Below are positions 1 through 12,600 of a stretch of DNA of 64,000 bases, one piece after another. The position numbers were made by a program, and so were the translations under genes. Numbering within the stretch: position 1 is the stretch's first letter; every line of letters starts with the position of its first letter. Under the pieces are notes generated by a model, which did no database searches, was not told the DNA's origin, and saw only the letters and a program-made list of their open reading frames with translations. Source of the DNA: Octopus bimaculoides (Eukaryota); contig NC_068983.1 in NCBI RefSeq assembly GCF_001194135.2, forward strand, positions 159,532,509 through 159,596,508, read 5' to 3'.

Positions 1-18
1 TTGTCTTTCCTCCCTTTT

Positions 19-81
19 AGAGTCGGCAAAATATGTACCGGTAGAGCACTGGGATAATCGACTTGCCCCACACCGAAATTC
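19..81 (+). mobile_element. SINE family B, 3' fragment
   Basis: gtaccggtagagcactgggataatcgactt resembles the tail of the copy at 40702-40935 (gaaccagttgaacactggggtcgatgtaatcgactt). Confidence 0.5.
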
Positions 82-94
82 TTCCAAAATTTGA

Positions 95-132
<38 letters not shown>

Positions 133-300
133 NNNNNNNNNNNNNNNNNNNNNNNNNNNNNNNNNNNNNNNNNNNNNNNNNNNNNNNNNNNNNNNNNNNN
201 NNNNNNNNNNNNNNNNNNNNNNNNNNNNNNNNNNNNNNNNNNNNNNNNNNNNNNNNNNNNNNNNNNNNNNNNNNNNNNNNNNNNNNNNNNNNNNNNNNNN

Positions 301-346
<46 letters not shown>

Positions 347-2190
347 GTATGTGTGTGTGTAATATATGAATGTGTGTATGTGTGTGGTTATGCATATTAA
401 GTAGGATATAATACTGTTGCTAGATAATTCGCAGTGTGTTGTATGTGAGTGTTACGTTATCTGTCAGAATTTGTATGAGTGGGGAGAGGTGAGCTTCGTT
501 TTCGTAGGAATGGCTACGAAAAAGGATGCAATTAGCGAAAATGCTGATAATCCCCAACCAAAAGAAAATGATAGGTAACATAAAAATACAAGAGAAGCCA
601 ATGAAAGAATTTTCAATTTATATGTTCATATATGTGTACGTGTGTATTAGAGAGCAAGAGAGATGGAGAAAGTAAGAGAGGGGAAGGGGAAGAGAAGAAT
701 AGATATTAAGATGAGGGAAGATGAACGAAGGAAATAAAATGCAACACGGTTTAGTCAAAATAACTACTAATTTCTTATTAAAGAGAGCCAGCTAGAAAGA
801 GGACAGCTTGATCAGAGAACAGCAATAGACAATAAAGAACATAAATTTGTGTGATAAGCATCCAATTATGAATTGAATAGTGACTACCAATCAACTCATG
901 ATTGCCCCATTAGAAAGAAGAAGGAAATACTTCACTGGGAAGAATGTAAAGATGAGTGTTTATGCAAATTGGTTCTGTTCCAAATAAAAAAAAAATTATA
1001 ATCTATAGAGTTGGTAACCCTATTCTCAACATTATTGTAAATCAGACAGTAATTTCTTTCCACCCTGTATAGACTACTAACAATTGGAGTACTTATACAG
1101 CTCTTAGCTAGTCAAATAAGCATTTTTTTCTTTTTCTATATCATATTTGCATTATGTTCAATACATCTCATGCATAAAAGGAGAACGATGTTAAAGAAGC
1201 CAATTTCACACACACAAACGCGCACACTTGCACATACACACGCGCTCACACGTATAATATATATTTTATGTACAACAAAAGCTTTCAACGAATGTATGTA
1301 CATTCTTACTTTTAACAAACACAAGATTCCCAAAACTTCATAGGAAACTCCGTAGTAATTATAATGTTACTTAACGACTTTGAATTCGATATTTTGTATG
1401 AAATTTTTCGTTACACGGAGGGGATAGCAAAATGAAGAATGAAAATAGCTTGAGAAAGCGCTAGTGTAGATTAAAAACATAGCTTTAAGCTGCCGTACGA
1501 GAATATGAAGAGGAAATGTCGCAATGTGCAACGAAACGTTTACCCCTATGAGCGAGCAAAGAAGAGCAGAGTAATCCTAGAACATTTTCTAAAGAACTTA
1601 CAAAGGGTTACAAAGTAACTTCTCATTGAAGTGATGACTAGTATTTTAAGAGTGCATATAAAGAACTTGGTTCTCACACCCAATACACCTACTGGGATTC
1701 AAAATTGGGGCCATATATTTCAATCTATAAAATGCCCTACAAAAATACGGTGTCAAATTCCAGCTGGAATATATATATGTGTATATGTGTGTGTGTATGT
1801 GTGAATGTGCTTACACACACACTCATACGCATATTTTTATACGTATATNNNNNNNNNNNNNNNNNNNNNNNNNNNNNNNNNNNNNNNNNNNNNNNNNNNN
1901 NNNNNNNNNNNNNNNNNNNNNNNNNNNNNNNNNNNNNNNNNNNNNNNNNNNNNNNNNNNNNNNNNNNNNNNNNNNNNNNNNNNNNNNNNNNNNNNNNNNN
2001 NNNNNNNNNNNNNNNNNNNNNNNNNNNNNNNNNNNNNNNNNNNNNNNNNNNNNNNNNNNNNNNNNNNNNNNNNNNNNNNNNNNNNNNNNNNNNNNNNNNN
2101 NNNNNNNNNNNNNNNNNNNNNNNNNNNNNNNNNNNNNNNNNNNNNNNNNNNNNNNNNNNNNNNNNNNNNNNNNNNNNNNNNNNNNNNNNN

Positions 2191-2230
<40 letters not shown>

Positions 2231-2392
2231 CACATACGCATACGTAAGTGGGTGAGTTTATGAGAGAAGAAAGGAAAAACAGAAAAAAGAATGCCACAAG
2301 AGTTGATGGTATCTCATAAAAATAAATAAGTATTGTGATAATCAGCGAAAGAAACCCTGATGTTAAGAACCTCTAGTGGATGATTAGTATAT

Positions 2393-2718
2393 AGGCGTAT
2401 GGCTCAGTGGTTAGAGCGTCGGGCTCACAATCATGAGGCAATGAGTTCGATCCCTGGACCGCGCTATGTTATGTTCTTGAGCAAGTCTCATTATTTCCTG
2501 TTGCTTCAGTTCACTCAGTTGTAGAAATGTGTTGCGACGTCACTGGTGCCAAACTGGTGCCTTTACTTTTCCCTTGGATAACATCGGTGACGTGGAGAGG
2601 GAAGGCCGGTATCCATGGGCGACTGCTGGTCTTCCATAAACAACCTTACCGGGGGTAAATTTCTAGGTGTAAATTTCTAGGTGCAAACCCATGATCATTC
2701 ATGGCCTAAGGGGCTCCT
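2393..2718 (+). mobile_element. tRNA-derived SINE family A, near full length, followed by (ATCT)n
   Basis: A-box-like ggctcagtgg and B-box-like gttcgatcc, then ttcttgagcaag body. Homologous along its length to 25156-25475 and 47214-47545. Internal 14-bp duplication taaatttctaggtg. Confidence 0.85.
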
Positions 2719-2797
2719 ATATCTATCTATCTATCTATCTATCTCTCTATCTACACACACACACACACACACGCACACACATATATATATATACATA

Positions 2798-3150
2798 CAT
2801 GGATTGGACGAAATAATGGAAACACCTTAAACAATCAAACGAATTAATTTCAATATGGGGTTGGACCGCCTTTGGCAGTAATTGCAGCTTGAATTCTATG
2901 AGGTATGGACTCGTACAAAGTTTGAGTTGTTTCCAAAGGAATTTTTGTCCATTCTTCAGCTAAAACAGTCTCCAGTTCTTGTAGTGCTGTACATCGGGTA
3001 TTTCGGAAACACCTTCAAGCAGTACCTCTCCAACCACAGATCTTCGTTCAGGATCCTGGAAAGACGATACGTCACTTTGTTGGCCAGTCATGTGTCATTC
3101 CTGAAGATCGAAGAGACTGACACGTAATCTCATGGAAAATCCTAGAAGAA
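2798..3150 (-). mobile_element. Tc1-family transposon 3' remnant with one terminus
   Basis: Minus strand reads ...ALQELETVLAEEWTKIPLETTQTLYESIPHRIQAAITAKGGPTPY* (stop at 2850-2852), the typical Tc1 transposase C-terminus. TA at 2796-2797 precedes a TIR-like catggattggacgaaataatggaaacacc. Upstream part is frameshifted and its extent uncertain. Confidence 0.7.
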
Positions 3151-3535
3151 TCGGGTCCTCACATCAACGGTAGCATGCGTTGCAAGCTGGGCATAAATGA
3201 ACAAGCGAGAGTATTAAAGGACTCCCTCAACCCGGGGAGCATCTTAAATTCCAGGAGAGAGTGCCTTTGGACCATGCTTACACTTCAAGAGATACCTTCT
3301 TAAGTCCTGGAACCCACACGCCGACCACGACGATTACGGATGGCGGTCTAAGGAAGAAATTCCTTTGCGCTTAAGCCTTCTTTGTCCGTACAATTAGCTA
3401 CGAGGTCTTTTATCCCTTCACATTGAAGAAATGTTACTGGCCATCAGCCACTAGGGTCTGAAGAAACGTCATATAACTAAGCACTTTATGGACGTGAAAC
3501 TCGGTAATCCCATTGACTGGCCTCAACTGTCGTTA

Positions 3536-3573
<38 letters not shown>

Positions 3574-3875
3574 TAGATAATATATATATGAAAATGTATG
3601 TATGTGATTTATTATATTCAAGCTATTATTGTTAGCTACATGGTGTGAAAAGGCACTGGTCCGACAAGTTTGTATAGCGTGTCGTGAGTTGTACAACCTT
3701 GTACGACCAATGTGTTTTCACAGCATGTTTTTACACCATGTAACTAATAGCAGCTCGAATTTAAATTCTGTATAACGTTATGATTTTTATCTCTCACGGG
3801 ATGGAGTATATAATGTATATATATATATATACAATAGTACATTATATATAAGCATTAACATACACACATACATAT

Positions 3876-3970
<95 letters not shown>

Positions 3971-4067
3971 GTGTGTGTGTGTATATCTATATATCTATGT
4001 ACATGTATATATTCATATGCGCATACGCACACACACATATATATATATATACATATACATACATTTG

Positions 4068-4388
4068 ACATATGGTATAATTATAAGCAGGGCAAATCTT
4101 AGCCATTTCTCCGCAGACTGGAAAAGAACGATGAAAAACCTTAATGGATTTTCGAACCTTACTGGGTTCTCATCAGAGGCATCTACATTGACAATCTCCA
4201 GAGAAACAAGTAGCCAAACTATTTATATACTCAACAAATGCAGCTGTTACTCTATGAAGGAGTCCGTAATTTGCATACCGAAAGCGTTTAACACTATAAA
4301 TACCAGCGGCCTGTCAACAGGGATCTTAGTCTACACAGTATCAAGGCATGATATAATATATACGTAACATATGGTATAATTATAAGCA
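4068..4388 (-). mobile_element. 277-bp insert between perfect 22-bp direct repeats, carrying a hammerhead ribozyme (retrozyme or PLE pLTR-like)
   Basis: acatatggtataattataagca occurs at 4068-4089 and 4367-4388, with the HHR core at 4130-4183 between them. Confidence 0.65.
4130..4183 (-). ncRNA. Minimal type-I hammerhead ribozyme motif
   Basis: Minus strand: GATG-CCT [CTGATGA] GAACC-cagtaa-GGTTC [GAA] AA-tcca-TT [A, cleavage after 4142] AGG-ttttt-CATC. All core nucleotides present, 5-bp stem II, 2-bp stem III, 7-bp stem I with a 5-U bulge. Confidence 0.8.
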
Positions 4389-4414
4389 TATATATATATA
4401 TATATATATATGTA

Positions 4415-5307
4415 CGTGATCTGATCAATAAGTATCCGGACCGTTGCTATAGTAACGAAGCTAAAGCACGTACAGTAAAGCTGCATGGCACAGGTTGACT
4501 TTCAACTCTGCTGTGCATGTACACTAATTTTTAACGTTCTAGCTCACTTTCCCCGTATACAGCTGTGCTTGGAAAAGAAGGTGTGTAGCGTGTGATCGTC
4601 GCATTGACCATAGCAGAAAGCTGCGCAGAGAATCTGCATCATATTTTGTCAAAAGCTTAACGATATCTACTCAGAGGCCTACGCGAATATTTCAAAAAGT
4701 TTTCATTGTTCTTGACACCATCAAGGAGATTTTGCACGACTGAAACCCTGGTGTCTTTTTTGTTAGCTGAAAGCAGTTTTGGCTCAAACTTCGCAGACAC
4801 GCGCCTCGTACCCAAATCTTCAGTGATAATGGACTGAACTGAACCGTAACTAATCTGCACATACTCTGATAACTCACGGATGGTGATTTGACAATTTCCC
4901 GTCACAGATGCACGCACCTGAGCGATGTTTTTCTTAGTTCTGCTGGCTCCGTGTCTCCCAGAACGTTCGTCAATATCGACATTTTTTCGGCCATCTTGGA
5001 ACGTCTGATACACTCGTACACTTATATGTGGCTCATACACTCTTCTCCATACACTTTCTGCAATTTTGCGTAGGCCTCTGAGCAGGTATCGCTATAACAA
5101 CTTTCTCTGTCGTGGTCAATGCGACAATCACACACTACACACCTTCCTTCTAAGCACTGCTCTATACAGCAGAAGTGAGCTACAACGTTAAATCTTAGTG
5201 CGCATGCAGAGCAGTGTTTAAGGTCAACCTGTGTCGAGTAGCTTTACTCTGCATGCTTTAGCTTCGTTATTATAGCAGCAGTCCTGATACTTATTGATCA
5301 AACCTCC
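4415..5307 (-). mobile_element. Non-autonomous mariner derivative (893 bp) with ~250-275 bp inverted arms
   Basis: TA at 4413-4414 and 5308-5309. Arms 4415-~4689 and ~5063-5307 are inverted homologs. ORF 4657-5040 encodes the mariner N-terminal region (DERSGR...TIRELSEYVQISYGSVQSIITEDLGTRRVSAKFEPKLL) with no catalytic domain. Confidence 0.9.
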
Positions 5308-5329
5308 TACGTATGTGTATGTGCATGTT

Positions 5330-5415
<86 letters not shown>

Positions 5416-5819
5416 TTCATGCATAGTCACCAGCGCATAGAATCAATGAATTATATTCTTTATTTCTGTCACACACGAACAATCTCAGTAACTTCGATAT
5501 AACTTGAAGTTGTTTTCATAATCAATCAAATGTTTATATTGAAGTGTTTCTCATGACAAGTTTTTAAAAATTAATTTCTGCTTTTGTTTCTTTTAGAATT
5601 ACAGAAATTTGAGATGTGTTTATGAAGAAAGTAAATATATAATTATTATCTTAGGTATATCATTTTATTACAAACATTCAAATTCATATCGTTACATGAT
5701 ATTTTCTTTCAACAAAGTAAATGAAATTCGTTTGCATTAACAATTAATATAGATTTACCTATAAAATAGAAAAAAATATTCTCACACTACATTTTTTTTT
5801 TGTATTATTGTTTCAGCTA

Positions 5820-6658
5820 GAATCTTTTGGTTTGCGTTACATAGCCTGATGCGTTTGTAGAGTTCTCTCCTGATGTAGTTTTGCAAGCTAATTCTAAAAG
5901 AAAAATTACATGCATGTTTTAAAGAAGTTGATAGAGTATAAGTTAGAAAAAGTTAACAATCGAAAGTTTCGATAATTTTAGCCAATCAGAGTTCCCCATT
6001 ATCGGCATGCCGCCTTGGCAATGAGCTGCCATTCCACCATTTAAAAAACATAGATGCGGCGGGCGGGACATACCTTGGGTAGATACATCGAATACGCCCC
6101 CACTTTTTTTTTTTCAAACTTTCTTCGGTTTCCTCTGTTATTGACAATGTAGATTTCAACTTAGACTTCCAAATAGCTATTCAAAATTTCCATTTCCACC
6201 CGAAATTTTTGTTTTGAAATGTTTTTGAATATATATATTCTTTTTTTTTTTTTTTGATGTTCAAAAATAAGATTAGGACTAAACGCTAGGCTTAAACATA
6301 ATCCTACCCACTAACCGTAATATCAAACCTGTAATCCTTCTGCTTTTCCAATATTTTCCTCCATTTTACATGCCGGAAAAGCCATATGGTTTGTAGGAGA
6401 TTTTGTCGTTACTTCTGGTATATAGAGCAACCAAATTGAAGGCCTTACTTTTATAGAAAAATATAGAAATTGCAATTTTCATTCTTTGTATAAGATCTTC
6501 TGATTGGCTAAAATTAGGAAATATTTGGATCGTTAAATGTCCATAACATTTTTATTATTAATTTCTCTAACAAATGAATGTGGTTTTCGTACTAAGAATG
6601 CAAAAACGGGTAGATTTTCCAAAAATCTCGGACTTTGTGATGTAACCAGAAAAGATCC
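5820..6658. mobile_element. Old MITE-like element, Merlin-like
   Basis: Termini gaatctttt / aaaagatcc. Flanks ttcagcta and ttcagtca (6/8 identical, degenerate TSD). Perfect 17-bp internal inverted repeat aattttagccaatcaga (5974-5990) / tctgattggctaaaatt (6499-6515). Confidence 0.55.
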
Positions 6659-8509
6659 TTCAGTCATTATTACTTTATGACAATTAATTCCATGCCTCTT
6701 TAACTGTACAAACTACAGTATCCTTATATAGACAAGGAGAAATAAATATTCATAGCAGTCTTGAAGCCGTCATGTGAATCATATTACCATATTTGTTAAT
6801 AAGAATTGGGGAAAATATCTAGAAAGATGAACTTCTCATGTTAATATGAACAGAATAATGTTGACACTCATCTACTGTTTCTGAGCATGCATAAATAATT
6901 TGATTTCTAAAAAAAAAAAAAAATCTATTTGTCTATGCCAACAGTTATACATTTCTGTACTTCGCAAATCGATTATTTCCACTTACTGCGAGGTAACAAT
7001 AATATGTACGCAGTTGTCTCCCTTATTAGGGAATTGAAAATTAATGGGTGAGTTGTCGATTAATATTCATTGCATATTTTATCCTAGTTTAGCGTTTGAT
7101 TATCTTTTAAATGAGTCATACATTAATTACGTTGATAACCACGTTCTTACCTAAATAAAGGTAGTATTTACGGAAATTAAAATGACATTGAAACTTCTTT
7201 ACTTGAAACATTTCGACATTCAATTTATTTCTCAGAGGAAAACTGTTACGAAATGCCTTACAAGTATAAGTTGATTCATTCACATTGAAGCAGTGATATT
7301 AATATTCCTAATGTATTTTCTATACCTTCAAAGTAGCTCAGTGTTTAAATTCAATAGTGTAGAAAAATTCTGTTTTGTATCTCTAAAATAGCAGTTAAAA
7401 TTTCCTTCAGAGATTCTTCCATAACAATCTTTGGTTAATATTCTTGACAGTCATTTCCAACTTGAAACATATTTTTCTTTATACATACATACATACGTAT
7501 ANNNNNNNNNNNNNNNNNNNNNNNNNNNNNNNNNNNNNNNNNNNNNNNNNNNNNNNNNNNNNNNNNNNNNNNNNNNNNNNNNNNNNNNNNNNNNNNNNNN
7601 NNNNNNNNNNNNNNNNNNNNNNNNNNNNNNNNNNNNNNNNNNNNNNNNNNNNNNNNNNNNNNNNNNNNNNNNNNNNNNNNNNNNNNNNNNNNNNNNNNNN
7701 NNNNNNNNNNNNNNNNNNNNNNNNNNNNNNNNNNNNNNNNNNNNNNNNNNNNNNNNNNNNNNNNNNNNNNNNNNNNNNNNNNNNNNNNNNNNNNNNNNNN
7801 NNNNNNNNNNNNNNNNNNNNNNNNNNNNNNNNNNNNNNNNNNNNNNNNNNNNNNNNNNNNNNNNNNNNNNNNNNNNNNNNNNNNNNNNNNNNNNNNNNNN
7901 NNNNNNNNNNNNNNNNNNNNNNNNNNNNNNNNNNNNNNNNNNNNNNNNNNNNNNNNNNNNNNNNNNNNNNNNNNNNNNNNNNNNNNNNNNNNNNNNNNNN
8001 NNNNNNNNNNNNNNNNNNNNNNNNNNNNNNNNNNNNNNNNNNNNNNNNNNNNNNNNNNNNNNNNNNNNNNNNNNNNNNNNNNNNNNNNNNNNNNNNNNNN
8101 NNNNNNNNNNNNNNNNNNNNNNNNNNNNNNNNNNNNNNNNNNNNNNNNNNNNNNNNNNNNNNNNNNNNNNNNNNNNNNNNNNNNNNNNNNNNNNNNNNNN
8201 NNNNNNNNNNNNNNNNNNNNNNNNNNNNNNNNNNNNNNNNNNNNNNNNNNNNNNNNNNNNNNNNNNNNNNNNNNNNNNNNNNNNNNNNNNNNNNNNNNNN
8301 NNNNNNNNNNNNNNNNNNNNNNNNNNNNNNNNNNNNNNNNNNNNNNNNNNNNNNNNNNNNNNNNNNNNNNNNNNNGCATGTAATACAATTTTTCTGAATT
8401 TTCAGATTTATTTATATGCTAGGCCACTGGTTTTAAGTTGATGTTAATTAAATTAATATTCAATTTATCACCCTCAGTATGTAAATATATATATATATAT
8501 ATATATATC

Positions 8510-8635
8510 ATTTAGAGAAAAGAACCAAAGTTCATGAACTCATCCATGAAAATACACAGTCACATATAGAAAAATTTTATAAGTAAATACACTAAAAAGA
8601 ACTGAGTTCATGAACTTTGGTTCTTTTCTCTAAAT
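8510..8635. repeat. 126-bp hairpin with perfect 33-bp inverted repeats
   Basis: atttagagaaaagaaccaaagttcatgaactca (8510-8542) versus its exact reverse complement (8603-8635), in TA-rich flanks. Confidence 0.85.
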
Positions 8636-9744
8636 TATATATTTATATATTACACACAGGAGTAAGACCGAATCTGAGACAAACTGAAATAATAATTGAA
8701 ATAGAATGCCCAGTAGAGATCTTACAGAAAATTTTCGCATCTCTTCAGTTTGGCTGCCAATTTTCGAAGATTCAAAGTTTATTGAAAATTCTAAAATTTG
8801 GTACATTAATGTAGGTTTCCAAGCTGAATCTTAGGCGATATTTCACTTTTTCCATAAAGTTTTATAAAAAACGTTATAGAGGTTTAAATTTTGATAACTT
8901 TCACCCAGTCAGGAAACAGGATTTGGAAGCTGTCATTTTGTGCGTGACGTGTTTTAAATTGAAACTGTAAAGAAATCAACTTCTGCATTACGCAAGACAT
9001 ATAATCCCACATAAATTTTTATCTTTTGGCATTTTCAGAAAATTTTTGCGAATTTGTATTCTACGCTCGGAAATTCATACGATTATGTAAAATCAAAATG
9101 CCGTCTTCCCTTCTTTTACGCAACAAGAACGACCCTAACGGCCCTCCCTGTTTGTATTCGTTTGGTTTGGTTTGTTGTATGTCCTATTTTTGTTACAAAC
9201 TTTGACCCTCCGCAAATCCCAAATTTTATTTTGGTTCGCGGGAGCAACTGCCTTCAAAGTCTTATCTTGTCTTTCATTGCTCGAAATAAGGAGTAGAATG
9301 ATAGCCAACAACTGATGAAGGGTCGTTTTTTATCTTACATGTCTTGTTTTCCATTTTTCCTCCCGTTCTTTGCGTACCCAAATTTATTTTCGTATTTCAT
9401 GTTGTTTATGTTTTGTGACGTCCTGTACCCATATATGCATACCTATATACATACATATGTATGTATGTACATATGTGTGTGCATATATGCATATATATAT
9501 ATANNNNNNNNNNNNNNNNNNNNNNNNNNNNNNNNNNNNNNNNNNNNNNNNNNNNNNNNNNNNNNNNNNNNNNNNNNNNNNNNNNNNNNNNNNNNNNNNN
9601 NNNNNNNNNNNNNNNNNNNNNNNNNNACATACAAAAATGTATGCATAAATGTGTACATGTGTGCGTGTGTACATATGTGCATTTGTGTGTATGCGTATGA
9701 GCGTGTGTCTGTTTCTATCTAGGTGTTCATGTTTATACTGATTA

Positions 9745-9899
9745 ATAAACGGCGTTATGTTACGTACCTTAGTGATTTAATAAATAAGGGCCGAAAAAAT
9801 AAGTACTGAGCTTCATATAATCAACTAAATCATTGAAAGTAGTTCTCCAGCATGGACGCAATCCAATGATTGAAACCAGTAAAAGAATAAAAGAAATAA
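9745..9899 (+). mobile_element. SINE family C, degenerate 3' tail
   Basis: aataagtact...ctccagcatggacgcaatccaatgattgaaaccagtaaaagaataaaag matches the tails at 48500-48600 and 22531-22600. Confidence 0.6.
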
Positions 9900-11699
9900 G
9901 TCTGATTCAGTGTCTCTCTCACTGGACATTGTATGTACAGGTTCGAAAGAGGAAGCTGGTAAAATTAATTAAAAATAATCATAAACATTACCGACATTAA
10001 TTGAAGCATTAAAGTTCACGGGAAAACAATACCTGTGTTTCCTCACATCACCGTATTTTAGGCCAAGCAATATGTTGTTACTATCTTATTTCAAATGGAT
10101 TTTAATTTCTACTCAGCATTAATGATTATAGAAGTGAAGTAAACATTTTTTAGAAAAAGAGGATGATATCAATTAAATCTACAGAGAGTGACTGATCTTT
10201 GTAAATTTCCTCTTTGAAGTTAAATACTCCGAATAACGATGGTAAAATTGATTTTGTTGTTGCTTACAGGATTAAATATATAAATGGCTGAATAAAGCTT
10301 AAGTTCAAAGGAATTATACAAAATTCCATAGAAGTTATTTTTTACCGCATTCTACAGAATCATTAATTAGGTATGTCTGTATTTGGTTCTAGTCTTGAAA
10401 ACCAGTTTGTCAATTTAAGTTATCACATAAAGATAAAAAAAAAATCAATAACAATAACTGCAGCAGCAACAGCAACAACAAAAATTAACTTTGAAACAAA
10501 GCTGTTAACGAATAACTAATATTCAGATTAAAATTTATTTTGTTTGTTTTCAATGAAAACGGTGGACTTATTTCGTGTAAACGTACAACAAGAGAACCAA
10601 TGGAAACACGTGAAATAGGTTAGTGCCATGAACTTAAATCAGTCAAGTAAGTGTTGATGTACTGAAGGAGCTACATGAGATTATTCTTAACACTTTTACC
10701 GTGAAACGCAGATGCATCCATTCAGAATTTCACGACCTTCAATTAGGAAAAGGAATTTTACACACCAGACTGTCTTTTGTTGAAGAGTGTCATGTTTGAA
10801 ACTATTTTCTGTTCAGATATGTCAAGTTATTGAGGCAACATATTTTGCAGAAAATACCAATTCTATTTTTGGTAGATAATTAACACTATTACTAGAATAA
10901 TCACGAAATTTAATTTCGCATTGAAATTTGTCTTATAGTGTGAGGTAACGAACAATTCTGAGGCTGCCGTTTGCCACTCTCGAACAACAGACAGATATTT
11001 TCAAGAAACCAAGAATTTCTCTCACAGAGAAGTGAATTTATTTTCCTGAGCTAAAAGGTTTAATTTTTGTTATCCCATGTAAATTCTCGAGATTTTCCGC
11101 ACTTAATTTTTTTATTTATGTATTTGTTTATTCATCTGTTCACTCGTTCAAACAATACGGACTCATTAATATGAGTATATCTCACTTCCGATAGGTATTT
11201 AAAATCCTCGTTACGATTTGTTAGACATTTAGAACAAAAAACAAACAAAACAAACAAACACCCCCCCACACAAACAATCATATATATGTATACACCCCCA
11301 CACACATAGCTACATACACTCACATATATATATGTATATGTATATGTGTGTATATATGAATTTCCAGCCACTGGGGATTAGCATCACGCTTGAAACTAGG
11401 TGTACCAAGGAGTTTGAATCAACCTGTGTTGATTCACACACACACACACACATACACACACACATACACACATAATACACATAATACAAACCAGCATACA
11501 CACATGTACGCACACACACATACACACTCATACACATAGATTTGCATACATATATAATACGTACAAATAATACACGTGTGTGTATGTGTGTGTGCATATT
11601 TGTATGTATATATGAATCACAAAAACAGGCATTCGTATATCAAATAACAGATTGGGTGTATTATTAAAAATTTATTTAATATGATATCCGATTTCTGTT

Positions 11700-12600
11700 T
11701 TTAACAAATGGTTTCATATATAAGATGGAGAATGAAATCCAGCAATCAATGGACATGGTTGAATGGGAAAGTATAGCCTGGGATATTCATTAATGCAGGC
11801 TTGTAAACATCACAACCGGTTTACGCGTTTTAGTGGTCGTGTAAAACCCTAAACAATATTTATGTTCTAAGGAATACAGACCAATACGAAAGAAAGAACA
11901 AAGTTTGCTCATTGAGCCTATCGGAATTATGTTCCTTGAATTGGGCCATTTTAAGCTGCGGCATGGCATGCTGGGACTCAATCGGTAAAATGTCCACTGC
12001 AGATTTGTATGTTGATTCTAAGATACAGAGAACATAATGGTGCAGTTGAGGAGCAATGAGGAGTAAGGAGTTAGGCGAGGAGAATGGGCAGGGGGTAGTG
12101 GAAATTTATTTTTAAATATGTGACCCCTTATAAGCATGCATTGATATAAGTTTGTATGTATAAATGATGGGGTGGGGGAAAATTAACTCCTCAATCATGG
12201 TCAGGGAAGTGCCGATACCGAAAGAGCCAACACTTATTCTTATGGTGTACCCAACCAATTGACTATTATATATTTGCGCTCATGAAGGCAAAGAGAAAAA
12301 CTTCACTTTAAAAGTTCAGGTATGCCTCTGGGCAGTGGGAAGTCTTCAATATGATTCTTTTCTCTCCTATACAGCATCTCCTAGTGGTTTTAAGGTAAGG
12401 TCTGGCTTTATATCTTTTGGTGGGTGTTTTCTTTTCATGTAAGCATATATCTGGCCAAAGTTGTGACATTACGACTCTCCTGGATATCATAAGAGTTCTT
12501 GTGGTTGTTGAACGTGGGATTGAAGATGTCTTACGCCGCACTCATATATTTCCGTACATTTTTGCTAGGTGTTCAAATAAAATATTCTTCAAAGCATGTG
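11700..12600 (-). pseudogene. Possible very old LINE reverse-transcriptase relic
   Basis: Broken minus frames give weak RT-like strings (NIIPIGSMSKL resembling NYRPISLLSK; LEHKYCLGF; GQIYAYMKRK). Motif resemblance only. Confidence 0.25.

Noticed and set aside
2393-2465. tRNA-like sequences here and at ~19430-19500, 25156, 40702, 41818, 47214 and 48054
   Set aside because: They have A/B boxes but no complete cloverleaf and continue into shared SINE bodies, so they are SINE heads rather than tRNA genes.
4104-4116. 13-mer catttctccgcag shared with the PLE at 59355-59367
   Set aside because: One 13-bp match is within rough chance expectation for these lengths and does not extend.
12308-12560. 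piggyBac Cys-rich-tail-like (KKTPTKRYKA) or SOCS-box-like (HIEDFPLPRGIPELLK*) readings
   Set aside because: Key cysteines and leucines are missing, other frames have stops, and an old LINE relic explains the region equally well.
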